Of a DNA stretch of 64,000 bases, positions 26,369-39,500 are shown in pieces. The DNA is from Chiloscyllium plagiosum. Its lineage: Eukaryota. The DNA lies in NCBI RefSeq assembly GCF_004010195.1, contig NC_057750.1:10752047-10816046 (forward strand), written 5' to 3'. Position 1 is the stretch's first letter, and every line of letters begins with the position of its first letter. The notes under the pieces were generated by a model. The model worked only from the letters and a program-made list of their open reading frames with translations. It did no database searches and was not told where the DNA came from. Both the position numbers and the translations under genes were made by a program.

Positions 26369-29300
26369 TATATATATTTTACCCTAGTGTCATGTTTTCA
26401 TGTTTTACTTTCAGCTAGAGCTACTTTGGACTAATGCTCTGTCTCTTATCCACAACTATTATCATTCCCTTTACCTGTTGTTCTATGGTACTTCCGATCG
26501 CAAACTTCCCTCCAACTTCCCCTTCTGTTCTGCTTGCCCCTCTCTCCTTTCTCAAGTCCATTTCACCTCCCTTCAGTTCAGAATAAGGTAAAGTTAAAAT
26601 CGCCCTTGTCCCAGAGTCATAAAAATGGAAACAGACCCTTTGGTCCTGCCTGTCTGTGCTTGATCCATACCCCTCCAAACTTTTCCTTTTAATGAACTTA
26701 TCCAAATGCCTTAGGCAGCTCTCTCCTTAGAAAGAGATGAGTAGTGGTTGTTTAATCTGAGGGTCATCATGTCTCAGGTGAGGGGAGAGGTTGAGAAGGC
26801 TTTACCTTCATGCTAACCTCAGCTGATATTGAAATGTTAACTCTGTTACTCTCTCTATAGACACTACTGGACCTTCTGTTTTATTGCTCTCTTCCCATTT
26901 GCTTGTCAATGCCTCTGTGCAACTTCATGTTGTCCAATACTGATGCCATCATCTCCCCTCCCTTCCCAATACTCCAACTCACTCCTAGTCTCTGACTCAT
27001 TTTATAAAGATGATCAACAACATTGGCCTAACACCAAACTCTGGGGCCCACCAGCCCCAAGCCCTCCCACAGTCCTGATCTATGACTCGTCCGTGTTTTC
27101 AACCATGGATAATTCTTTTATCCAATTCCCATTCTTTCATCCAATTTAATCAAGCATTCATTCAGCCAATTTCCTACTGTCCCATGGGGCTTGAGTCTTT
27201 GCCTTTAATGTGGAACAGTGTAGAGGGCAACAAAACACTCAGGCTGTGAAATAAACAGCTTAACATGCAAATTGGACACAGTCTTTAGTGAGACCACATC
27301 TGAAGCACAGGGTCCAGTTTTGATCTTTCGACATCAAAGAGATGGTTATGTTATTAGAGTGAGTTCAGTGCAGGGAAGTGGGGAGTTTTGCTGTGAGGTT
27401 TATACCCATCAGAACCAATGAGCTATTCAGAACAAGTGTTATCCTTGGAAGTTTTCTCTCTTGAGAGGATGCAAGTGAAGATTAATTGAAGCTTTCCAAA
27501 GTATTTTAAGATTATTTCAGGGGATATGGGCATCACATTTACTGCCGTTCCCTACTTGCCTGTCAGGATGGTAAGTGGCTTAGAAGAAAATTTGCAGGAG
27601 ATGCTGATGCCTTGTATTTGCTGCCCTTGTTGTTCTAGAAGTTAGAGGTCACGGCTTTGGAAGGCGCTGTCAAAGGAGCCTTTGTGAATTGTTGCAGTGT
27701 ATCCTGTAGATGGTACACACTGCAGCTGAGTATTGGTGGTAAAGGGGTGAATGGTTAAGATGGCAGATGAGGTGCTAAACAAATGGATTGCTTTGACTTG
27801 AAATGGTTCAATAAATTGGACTATTCCTTTGACCATATGCAGAAATCCACAATTGGAGACAGACATTCTGGTTAAGGAAGAGTTAGAGTTCTGCACAATA
27901 GCAGGGAAACATGTAGGGGACGTAGGTTATCACTAGCAGGTACTAATCACCTGGCACGGACAGAAAGCCAAGTTGTTTATTGAACTATCCATTTGTGAGC
28001 AAAGTAGGAATGACACTGGACTCTTGAAACAGTGATTAGACAGGCAGCTCACTACTACATTCTCAAGAGCAAATAGGGATTGTCAATAAATGCTGGCCCA
28101 CAACTTACAAATGAATAAAAAAAAGCAAATAGACTGCAGTGATTCAAGAAAGAAACTCACCATCACCTTGTTAAGTACCACCAGGGGCCAGGAAACAACT
28201 GCTGGCCTTGCCAACACCTTACACATCCCAAACACAAATAAGATAGCACCTTCCAAAACACGCGACCTCTTCAGCAGAACAACGGCAGTAGATACATGGG
28301 AACACTACCCCCTGCAAGTTCCCCTCCAAGCCATTCACCATCTTGACTTGGAAAAATATCATCAGTCCTTCAGTATCACTGGGTCAAAATCCTCAAAGTC
28401 CCTCCTTGACAGCATTGTGGGTGCACCTACATTATATGGATTGCAGTGATTCTAGAGGCGGTTCACCCTCACTTTCTCTAGGGACAACTAGATTGCTGGT
28501 TCACCCTGTGAAAAAATGAGAAAGAAACCCCATTTATCCTTTTGGCTTCTGGTGAAATGGGAGAACAGGAAAACAGCAAACAATTTCCAAAGAATCAAAA
28601 GGTAGTGATTCAAAACCAAACAAGTAATCAGGGACAAGTTAGTCAAGCAATGAGGTGAATATTCAAGAGTGTTCTAATACAATATAATTCATCTTATTAA
28701 CATCCTATAGCACATGGATTGCAGCAGTTCAAGAAGGCAGCTCATTGCCACCTTCTCAAAGGGCATTACAGGATGGGCAATAAATGCTGGGTTAGCCAGC
28801 GATGCTCACATCCCATTTACATATCAAAAATGTACATGGTTTTCAAGGTAACAGGCATTTTGACAGACATAATTCTGATATACTGCAACAGGTGAGATTG
28901 TTAAAGGATTTTGAACTGAATAGAACGCAAGGGACACAGTGGTAGTGTCCTTATGGCTGAGCAAGGAGGCCTGAATTCAAGTTCCACCTGCTCCAGATGT
29001 GTGTAATAATATCTCTGAACAGGTTGATTAGATATTATCTATGAATGGCAACCATGGTTAGGTTGAAAGATGTTTTGACAATAGAAAGTTATGCCAAGTT
29101 CCTGGGGGCCACTACTGAGTGCAAGACCCCTTGTTGCTTTACAGTTGTTCAATGATAAACAATTTCTGAGATGATAGGGTTGTTCTGTAGTGGGTAAATT
29201 GGGCACCGAACTCTCTTTGATTTAGAAGAATAAGAGAGGATTCCATTTTCATAAATGAATCTGTGAGGTTCTGACAGGCTGGATGCGGAGAGAAAAACTG

Positions 29301-29891
29301 AGAAAAATGGGAAAAAGCACTCAACAAGTGATAGAGACAAACAGTTAAGGTTCACCTTTTGAGTTGGAACAAAATAGAGATGCAATAGTTTTTTTGAGCA
29401 AGGGGTGAGTGAGATAAGGAACAGTGAAATGCTGTTTCCTTCTGCCCGTGGGGGTCACCATCTCAGAGTCAGTCTAGGACTGAGCATGAAGAGGAATTCC
29501 TTCACCCAGTGGCTGGTGAATCATTCGAATTCTCTACTCCAGATGGCTGTGGAGGCTCTATCATTGAGAATAGTCAAGATTGCAATTGATGGATTTTTGG
29601 ATTCAAAGGAAATCAAGGAATGTGGAGGAAAATGGAATTGATGTTGAAGGTCAGCCATGATCCCACTGAATGTCAGAAAAGGTGCAAGGAGCTGAATATC
29701 CTCCATCTGCTCTTATTTTGTACGGTCTTAAGACAGGGACAGAGGATGTCATAATTGGACTGAAACAAATAAAACTCTTGGAGGATTTGCAGCCTAGGTA
29801 TAGAAAGATTGTTTCCCCTTGTGGGACAGTCTAGGACCAGAGGGCATAATTTGAGAATTAGGGGTGACTCATTCAAAACAGAGATGAGAAG

Positions 29892-30126
29892 TGAAATAAC
29901 TCCACAGAGGCCAGTATCCTCTCACCAAGTCACCCTTTATTTACAAGTGGAAAGTTCTTGACACTGATCCAGCTCCCTCAGAGCCAGCTCTCAGAGTGAA
30001 CAGAACCTCTGACACTCTTGTTTATATCTGACAACCAAGGGTCCCTGATTGGACTAGATTAACAGTCCCAATCAGGGAACTCATACTATATGAGGTCACC
30101 TGACTGACATCATTACAATCACTATA
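29892..30126 (-). repeat. 3' LTR of the Gypsy element
   Basis: Direct repeat of 34142-34376, adjacent to the polypurine tract. Confidence 0.9.
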
Positions 30127-33100
30127 TCCCTCCCCCTCTAGGTCTGGATACATAGGCCTGTTCTTTTTCCTGTAACCTCTCCTGGGGTATTTTCGCACCA
30201 GGTCAGGTTCCTCCGACTTGGCCTTGGATACGGGTGGTGTGTACCGGACTGTAGCCTGCCTCTTGCGCCAGGACGATCTCAGAAAAAATTCATCCAGTTC
30301 TTCAGGAGGTAAAGGCATTGAGGCTATGACATCCGCCATGTCCATCTCAGACTCTGAGGCTCCTTCGAAGCTAAATGGAGAGGGAGAACCCAGCGGTGCC
30401 AACCCAGCCTTTCCGTCTGCTCCATTTGTGAGTCTGCAGCTTTCATGTGGTCCACATGCTTGTTCAGGACCCCCTCACATACCTGAACTTTGTACATCAT
30501 GGGACCTGACCTTGTATCGACTATGCCTCTTACCCATGAAGGGCCAGTTCCATGGTTTCAGCACCAAACTTTGTCCCCTGAAGTAAATTGCCTCTCCCTC
30601 TTAGAGGAGTCTTGAGGCTAGCATTGATGTTCCTGATGCCATTTCACCCTTCCCCCACCAGTTCGGGAAAATCAGATTTAACCAGATGTGAGGTCTTCAT
30701 TCTTCTCTCCATTTGAAAATCTGCTGGAGCTATTCCCATAGTTGCATCAAGGGTGGTCTGATAATTAAATAGGAATCGGGACAGTTTGGTATTGAATGAA
30801 GCTGTAGGCTGCTTCTTTAAGTCAAACTTCAAAGTTTGGACTGTTCTTCCTACCAGACCATGGAATGATGGATGTATGGAGTTGACCTTATATGTCAAAT
30901 AGTGTTCAACTTTAGAAAATACTTGAATTCCCTGCTGATAAATGATGGCCCATTGTCTGTAACCAACACTTCTGGGAATCCATACATTGCAAAAGATACA
31001 TGCAGTTTTTCTATTGTCGTCCCAGTGTTTGACGAATGAACCCTACGCATGTCCAGGCACTCAGCGTCCACAATGACTAAGAACATTGAGCCCATGAAAG
31101 GACTGGCACCGTCGATGTGTAACTGAGTCCCAGGGTTTACCTGGCCATTCCCACAAATGTGGAGGAGCTACTGGCAGTAATTTTTGTCCTTGTTGGCACT
31201 GTATCCAATCCTGGCCACTAGACACAACTTCTGGCGAACACTTTCAGTCTGGAAGCCTCTGGATGATCCTAGTGGAGTTCAGCCAATATCTGGCACGACC
31301 TTTGCTCGGGACAATCACTCTTGTTCCCCTTAATAAAATGCTGTCCTCACTGGTGATCTGCTCTCACTGGCCTTTTTGCCTCCCCCATCGCCACCAGCTG
31401 TTTTAGTTTTGTCAGGACAGGATCTTTTTGCCTCCATAGTTTTATATTGTCAGTGGTGACTGGAAGAATGTCCAGAAAGCTTAAAATTAGAATGGACTTT
31501 TCCAGTGGGGACACCACCAGTGGTGTATCTGCCAACGGGAGGTGGCTCAAGGCATCCACATTTGCTACTTAGCCTCCTGGAGGGTTTTCCAATTTGTAAT
31601 TGTGCGTACTTAGAATGAGAGCCCACTGCTGAATTTGACCTGAAACTATGGGCGACAGGGCCTTGTCCTCTGAGTAGCCCTAGCAGTCACGTGGTCTGTT
31701 ACTATTAGAAATTTACATCCATAAAGATATTGGTGGGACTTTCTTATATCAAAGATGATCGCCAAATCTTTCTTCTTATCTGGACGTATTTGCGCTCTGC
31801 ATCAACCAAAGTCCGGGAAGCATATGCTATTGGGCATTCCTCTCCATTGGGCCATCGAAGAGCCAACTCTACCCTGATACCATAGGGGAGGCATCGCATG
31901 CCAGTGCTAGATCTCACTTGGGATCATAGTGTGTCAATACCTTAGACAATGATAGCTGCTTCTTCACTTCCCAAATGGCTACATTTTGGCTATGAAATCA
32001 TTTCCAAGGCTTCCCTTTTTTTCAATAGTAGGCGTAAGAGTGCCAGGTGTAGGCCAGATTATGTATGAACGTTCTGTAATAATTCAGTTATCCAAGAAAA
32101 GAGCTAAGCTCTGGTGCAGAAGTGGGAGCCAGAGCACCTTTGACTGCCCTCATTTTATCTTGCAATAGGTATAACCCAGTCTTGTCGATCTGTAGTCCAA
32201 GTAGATCACTTGGGGTGCCTGGAACAAACATTTTTCCCTTCTACCGTTCTACCTGCCTTGGCAAAACATCTAATGAATATGTCCAAGTTCATTAAGTGCT
32301 GTTTATTGGTCTTCCCTGATCGCACATCATCCAGACAAATGGCGGCCTGAGTAGACCTTATAAAATGATCTCCATTATCCACTGAAGAATGGCACAGGCT
32401 GATGATATCCCAATGTTATTCTCGTATATTGGTACAAACCTTTAAGATATTCATTATAGCATACTTCTGGGAATCTTCATCTCACCGCCATTGCAGGTAT
32501 GCCTACCTCATGTCCAGCCTTGTGAAGGACAGCTCCTCTCAACCTCCACCTTTATGTATAAATCCTCTATGCAGGGACTGTGTATTTATCCAGCTGTGAG
32601 AAGCGGTTTACCGTTTGTTTAAAATCTCCACAAAGGTGAACCAACCCATTGGGCTTCACAATTGGTATGTTTGGTGCTGTCCATTCTCCAAATTGGAATG
32701 GTTTGATGATTCCTTGATTTTTAGCCTCCTGATTTCTGCCTTTACTTTTGCCCATAAGACAAATGGCACTGGGTGGGCCTTGCGGAATCATGGAATTACT
32801 TCCTGGTCGACATGCAAGGTGGCCTTGGCTTCTCCAACAGTCCCTAGACCTTCCTGAAAAACCTCCGGGTATTTATTTAGGACTTCATTCAGGCAGCCAT
32901 TTTCTAATCAAAAAAAGTTATTCAAAAAATGTGAATCTTTCCCAATCAATTTCACCCTGTCGGCTTGGGACTGAGCCTTTTACTACAATCAGTTGTAACT
33001 GAATCAGCTGATTTTCATATGAGACCGGAACCGACGTTCTACTCTTAATATGTAAAGTTCCCCCAGTACAGATTCTCAGTCTGGCTGAGGTCTCATGCAA

Positions 33101-34141
33101 ATATAAGGACTGAAGTCCAGAGCGAATTTCGTTAAAGACTGGTTCTGCAATCACTGGTACAGCCATGTTGGTATCAACATTTATTCGAACCAGATTATCA
33201 TTTAAACAGACGCTTATTTTAATTGGTTCTGATTTGGATGTTGCTAAGCAATTTAACTGTTCCAAGCCAGATGCAGGTAGGTTTTCCAGGATGTGCACTC
33301 TCCTGGATACCAGCCTATTAGTTCTCTGAATTAATTCAGGCTGAATCAAATCTGCATAACAGCAGCAAAACTACAATGGCTTGCCAGCCTTGACCCTGAA
33401 GAAAATGTTAACCATTTGGCCGAGGCTTGGCTTTGTTTTGGGGTGTTCCTGGGGGCTGACCTAGAGTCCTTCTGTTCAGGATATGTCTTAAGTGAGGCTA
33501 TACAATTGCCTTCACTCAAATGGTATGCCCCAAGTTCAGTCGGCCTGGCGAGGATCTTTGGAACACCCTGTAACTCATATGCTCCACTTGCTGCATTTTC
33601 TAATGATAAAGCAATTGAAGTTTCTGTTTGAAGTCCAGTTGGGCTTCAGCTGATAGGCGCTTTTGCATGGTTACATCATTAATCCCACATACCAAAAGGT
33701 CTCCAGCATCTCATTTAGGGTTAAACCAAAGTCATGTTCCTCTGCCAGTCCTCTTAACCTCATCAAAAATCCCAACACAGATTCCTTTGGTACTGAAGTA
33801 AAAACCAAGTAAAACCAATAGCACCTCAGAATTAGAGGAGGCTTGGGTTCATAATATTCCTTAACTAAATCTGTCAACTCTTGAAAGATTTTAGTATCTG
33901 TTGCCTCAGGGAAAGTTAGGCTCCTAATAACTGAGAAAGCTGTGGGTCCACAAGCTGACAGGAGAATTTTCATCTGTCCCAATGTCATTTACCGGAAAAA
34001 TAACACATTCTTTCCACCTACTGGATTGAACAAGTCAAGCTTCCCAAATAATGTTATAATCCCAGAAATGCTTACCCCAATTGAAAGACAACTGTTGCAA
34101 GTGAACTTCTACAGGAGCGTTTTTTTTTCTCTCATCATTAC

Positions 34142-34376
34142 TGAAATAGCTCCAGAAAGGCCAGTATTCTGTCACCAAGTCACCCTTTATTTACATGTGC
34201 GCAATACTTGACCTTGGTTCGGCTCCCTCAGAGCCAGCTCAGAGTCAACAGAACCTCTGACACACCCGTTTTATATATGTCAGCCAGGGCTTCCTGATTG
34301 GACCAGATTAACAGCCCCAATCAGGGAACTCATGTTCTATGAGGTCCACCTGGCTGGCTTTGTTACAATCACGACA
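34142..34376 (-). repeat. 5' LTR of the Gypsy element
   Basis: TG...CA termini; homologous to 29892-30126 with many substitutions. Confidence 0.9.
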
Positions 34377-36034
34377 AGGAGGGATGTCTTCTCTTGAAGG
34401 ATAGTGAATCTATAGAATTCTTTACTGCAAAGGGCTGTCAAGGTTGAGTCATTAAGTATATTCAAAGTTGAGTTGAACAGATTTTTAATTAGTGAGGGTT
34501 TGGAAGGTTGTGGGGAAATTGCAAGAAAATAGAATTGAGGAAGATCAAGTGAGCCATGATCTCACTAAATAGCAGAGCAGACACGATGGGCTGAATGGCC
34601 TATTACTGTTCCTACATCTAATGTTTTAAGTATAAAATCTGCTCAGGATTTAGAGTGATACAAAGAGTAAAAGGGAGTTTAACAGTGATCAAAGGGCCTG
34701 GATAGGATTTACTGTAGATAAAGGTAAAATAATAGACTGGCATGGAAAATGTTAAAACAATGAACGGACCATTGTCAAGGAATGAATGGTGTAAGTTTCA
34801 ATCATTCACCAAAAAATTCCAGCTCAGCATGTTATTGGAAAGAAACAAAGAGTACTTCCTTCCTCAGTGTAACGCTCCAAATCTTATTGTGTACACACAA
34901 ACTATAATGATCCAGCTTCCAGCCCACCCAACCTATAGGCTTCACCCGTCAGGTGTGCAGATTGCTGTCGGTGTTCACCTTTTGCTTAATGTGATCACAG
35001 CATTGATCAAACATTTGAATCAAACACCTTTCACAATCACAGGATGTCCTGAAGAGCATTTGCCAGTGAAGTATGTTCAAAGTCACAGGATCAAAGGCTG
35101 GTTACGGTGCAGAATGAGGCCATCCAGCCCATCGTGTCTGTGCCATTCTCTGAATGAGCAATTTACCCAAAGCCATTTTTCTCGGGAACCATGCACATTC
35201 TTCCTTTACAATTAATGACTGAATTATCTCTTGAAAGCCTTGATTGAACCCTCTCAGGCAAACTGTTCCAAACTTTAACTTAAAAATGTTTCACTCCATT
35301 GCTCCTTTGCCAATTATCTTAAATCCATGTCCTCTGGCCCTCAATCCCTTCACCAATGTGAACAGCCCCTCCTTATTCATTCCATCCAGACCCCTCCTGA
35401 TCTTGAATATCTCTGTCAAGTCACCTTTCAGCCTTCTTTTCTCCAAGGAAAGAACAGTTCCAATTTTCCCTAGTAAATTTAAAGCAAGTTCCTTAATGCC
35501 GAGGACCAAAGTTGCTCATCCTGCAGGCTCTCTCCTGAACACCACTTGGCATTATGATCTCAAAAGCTCTCAGGATACTCTGGTCATTGCTTCTGTGGTC
35601 TCAGTGACAAAGGTAGGAACAGAAATCCTTGGCACCAATGCTACTCCTGGGCTGGACCCCTGGCCTCACCCCAAACTGAGTACAGTTAGCCCTGAATACA
35701 GAGTCCGAATGTTTCCCCCTGTCCCTATTCTAGGCCTTACTTGGTGATATCAGGTGAGGGTTCTAGGCCAAACACTTGAAGACTGTCCTCCTTAAAAGAA
35801 AGGCAAAGAGGCAATTACCAGAACTGTGCAGAAATGAAAAATCTCAATCACATAAAGAGAGTGGAGAAAGCATGTTGTTTTAGTCATTCAGCACAGAAGA
35901 AGCCCTTCAGCCCATCAAGTCAGCTCCAATCTATCTAAATGAATCCCACTTTCCAGCCTTTGGGCCACGGCCTTGAATGTTATGACACTGCAAGTGCTCA
36001 TCCATGTACTGTGTAAAGATTGTGAGGCTTTTTT

Positions 36035-36545
36035 TCATAGAATCATACAGCACAGTAACAGACCCTTTGGTCCAAACTCATCCATGCTGACCACATATAC
36101 TAATCTGATCCAGTCCCATTTGCCAGCATTTGGCCTATATTCCTCTAAACCCTTCTGAATCATGTACCCATCCAGATGCCTTCTAAGTATAGTAATTGTA
36201 CCCACCTCCATCATCTCCTCTGGCAGCTCATTCCACACACACACCATCCACTGCATGAAAAAGTTGCCCCTCAGGTCCCTTTTAAATCTTTACCCTCTCA
36301 CCTTAAACCTACGCCCTCTAGTTCTGGACTCCCTCTACAACGAGAAAAAGACCTTGGCTATTCACCCTATCCATGCCCCTTTATAAACCTCTACAAGGTC
36401 ACCTCTCACCCTCCAATGTTCCAGGGAAAAAGGCCTCAGGCTATTCAGCCTCTACCTATAGCTCAAACCCTCCAGTCCCGACAACATCCTTGTAAATCTT
36501 TTCTAACAACATCCTTCCTATAGAAGGGAGACCAGAATTGAATGC
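36035..36545 (-). mobile_element. CR1/HER1 3' fragment
   Basis: VWNELPEEMMEVGTITILRRHLDGYM on the minus strand. Confidence 0.88.
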
Positions 36546-39500
36546 AGAAGGTTGCTTCATGTGTAGTACTGGGCTATCTTTGATCCCCAACAAAATTTGT
36601 CCATTTCTGATGACTCCAGGATGTTGACAGTAGGGGATTCAGGCTTCTCCTTGTACTGCCCTCCCAGGCAGTGTATTCCAAACTGCCACCCCCAGCCGCT
36701 GAAGTAATGTTTTCTCAAATCCCCTCTGAACCGTTTGCCTTTTTCCTTAAAATCATACCGCCTCGTTACTGACCCTTCAACTAAGGGAACAGCTACTTCC
36801 TATCCAGCCTATTCATGCCTTTTGTAACCTTACACACCTCAATCAGGTGCACCATCAGCCTTCTCTACTCTAAAGAAAACAACTCAAGCATATCCAATCT
36901 CTCTTTATAGCTAAAATAACTCACAGGGAGCCCTGAGCTTGGAATCGCTAAGGGCTTTGATACGGAGAAACTATATGGATACTGACCCAAAATGGGGAAT
37001 GCAGCTGCCAATTTGTGCACAAACAGCCAGCACATCGTAACCATTTCCAGAAGGTACATGGATAGATATTAGCCAAGCATATGTGTTTCAAAAAGCTGCT
37101 GTCAAGTGAATGGACAAGCCCTTAGTTTAAGGTCACATCTGAGAAAGCCAGCATGTCACTGGATTTAGTTCTCAAATTCTCAGCAATGGGACTTGAGCCC
37201 ACAACCATCTAAGTCAGAAGGAAAGTGCTATCCATATAGCCACAACTGACATCTTAACAGGTCTCTGTATGAATCAACCACCATAGTTTGAATGAACCAT
37301 CTATTAGTTAACACATCAATAGTGTTAATTACACTGGGAAAATTTTGCTTTGTTCAATAACCTCTGCTTTTAGGGCAGTTCCTTTCCTATTGGTTCTAAT
37401 AAACTCAGAGGCCACACTCAGAGCTATGAGCCCCATCTTACTCAGCTCAATCTTCCTAGTGTCAAAGCAAACATTGTGTTCAACTCATTATATATCAATT
37501 GTCTTCAACCTACTGGAGTTAGTTTCATTGCTCTATGGGATCTGTGCCCAGTCCTTTGCCGCAGCAGATGTACATTTTTGTGACTGTAACCACACCAAGG
37601 GAATGTGGTCATAATATCCCAGCAACACAACTCAGTGTAAACTACGATTGATGCTTCTGTACTGAGAAATGACACTTAAACATGTCTTTTCAATTTGAGG
37701 ATAGGTCAGCTCTTTCGGCAGAGTCTTACGAAGTAGATAAACAACAGGGTCCTCTTCCTCTGCGACACTTAGTGGGCTCATGACTTCACCAATGCCTCTG
37801 TCTGATGCGGTGGGGCAGCCTGCCTAAGCTCCAGAACAGCCACAACAGCTTGGCATAGTACATCAACAAAGAGTATCTTCCATCATCGTCAGTCACAGCT
37901 AACCAGATCTCACTATATTCCATTTTACATTACATTTGTTCAAAGAAACAATTTGCATTTATGTGAAGTCTGCTTCCACCTCTGGTCGCCCCAAATTGTT
38001 TTACATCTAGTGATTAACATTTCGAAGTGCAGTCACTGTACCAATGTTGGAAATGCAGTAACTAATTTGGACACAGCAAGCTCCCATGCACAGCAATATG
38101 ATATTGGCCCTGATAATTGGCTTTGGCATGTACGTTAAGTCATCAGAATTGGTCAGAGTTGGGAGAACTCCCTGGCTATATTTTGAGATAATTGCAGATG
38201 ATCTGATGGAGTAGAGAGGGCCTTCAGTTTAACGATCCTGATTTAAACTATATCTCCTTCCCTTCACTGTCACTGGATCAAAATCCTGGAACTCCCTGCA
38301 TAACAGTGCTTAGCCATACATATACCACATGTACTGCAGCATCAAATAGGCACAAGCAATATACTCTGGCCTTGCCTAGAACACTGACACCCCCTAATAG
38401 AATGAAATAAAAACATTTCATCCGAAGGAAGTTCAGAACAGAAAGGGGAATGAAGATACCAGCTGATGGATGAGAAGGATCTGAGCGTCCAATGGTTACG
38501 ATGTTCAAGACTAGTAGAATCCCATAACAAAGTCCTCATGTGCTGATCTGTTCCAGGATCATCAGAAGCTGCCCAATGCCATATTTGGTTTTATAATGCT
38601 CCTGGGAAGCACCTTGCTATGGTTTATCAAATGAAGGAAGCTATATAAATATAAGCTGTTGTAGTTGACAAGGTGGGCTTTAGATGAGCAACTAAACTCT
38701 ATGTGTTTAAATGCTCAGCTTGAAATGAAACAGGTCAATATTATAAATGCCTTATCCTGACATTTAAACCAAGGCATGAACCACATCTATTAAGCAGGAA
38801 ATACTTCTTGAGAAAATACACAGAATATAATCATACAGAGAAATTTGGTTACACTACCAGGCTGTTAATTTGGTAATCTCGTGGCTAGTCAACCTGGCGG
38901 GATATGTATCAGCTGGTTGGCGTCAAATACGCCCGCAACTTACAATCTAGCTCCCAGCTATTCTAACATTAATGTGTTGCTATTAAAGGGTATTAAAGGA
39001 TAATGATAGTGTCACAGGCTGCTTATAAACAATGTATCAGTCAACACAAAGCAAAGACTGAGAGAATAAAAAGTTCCTGACAATATAGTTTTCTGCCTCT
39101 GGAGGTATTTGCCCTTCTTTTCCTTATCTGTTTCCACATACAGAATGATGTGACGACTGAAGGAGGCCATTTGGCCCATCAAGCCAATGCTAGCCTTTTG
39201 AAAAATGATATTCTCTTTGTTCAGGGAGATGGTTGAAGTGCACAGTATCCAACAAGTGGTCAGAAAAAGTGGCTTCTGGCAGCACAGCCTGCTCCATTAG
39301 GTTGAAAGGCCAGCCCACTAGTTATTCACCTCTATTGCCCACACAAAGGTAGCTGTGAACCAGAGGGCAATTAAGAGTCAACATTTTGCCCCTTTGACAG
39401 CATTTTCCAAACCCACAACCTCTACCATCTGGAAAGACAAGGGTAGCAGATTTATGGGAACACCACCATCTGCAAGTTCATTTCCTGAGTCATACATCAT

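Larger units (their letters stand above)
29892..34376 (-). mobile_element. Degenerate Gypsy LTR retrotransposon (Mag-like, short LTRs)
   Basis: Two 235-bp LTRs; gag (LLSACGPTAFSVIRSL..ELTDLVKEYYEPKP), protease (NVDTNMAV), RT (WTAPNIPIVKPNGLVHLCGDFKQTVN), RNase H (LACDASPYG) and integrase (GFPEVLVTDNGPSF) in Gypsy order; polypurine tract 30127-30139; TSD agaag/aggag; many stops and frameshifts. Confidence 0.95.

Noticed and set aside
30022..30402. 126-aa ORF as a possible extra Gypsy gene
   Set aside because: It contains the LRxSxRxRxxxxRY motif of the integrase C-terminal tail running into the LTR, i.e. a pol fragment.
34742..35747. Longest ORFs in the window (157 and 167 aa)
   Set aside because: Partly antisense to CR1 fragments with no recognisable domain; the exon-like unit at about 34933-35048(-) has stops in all three frames.
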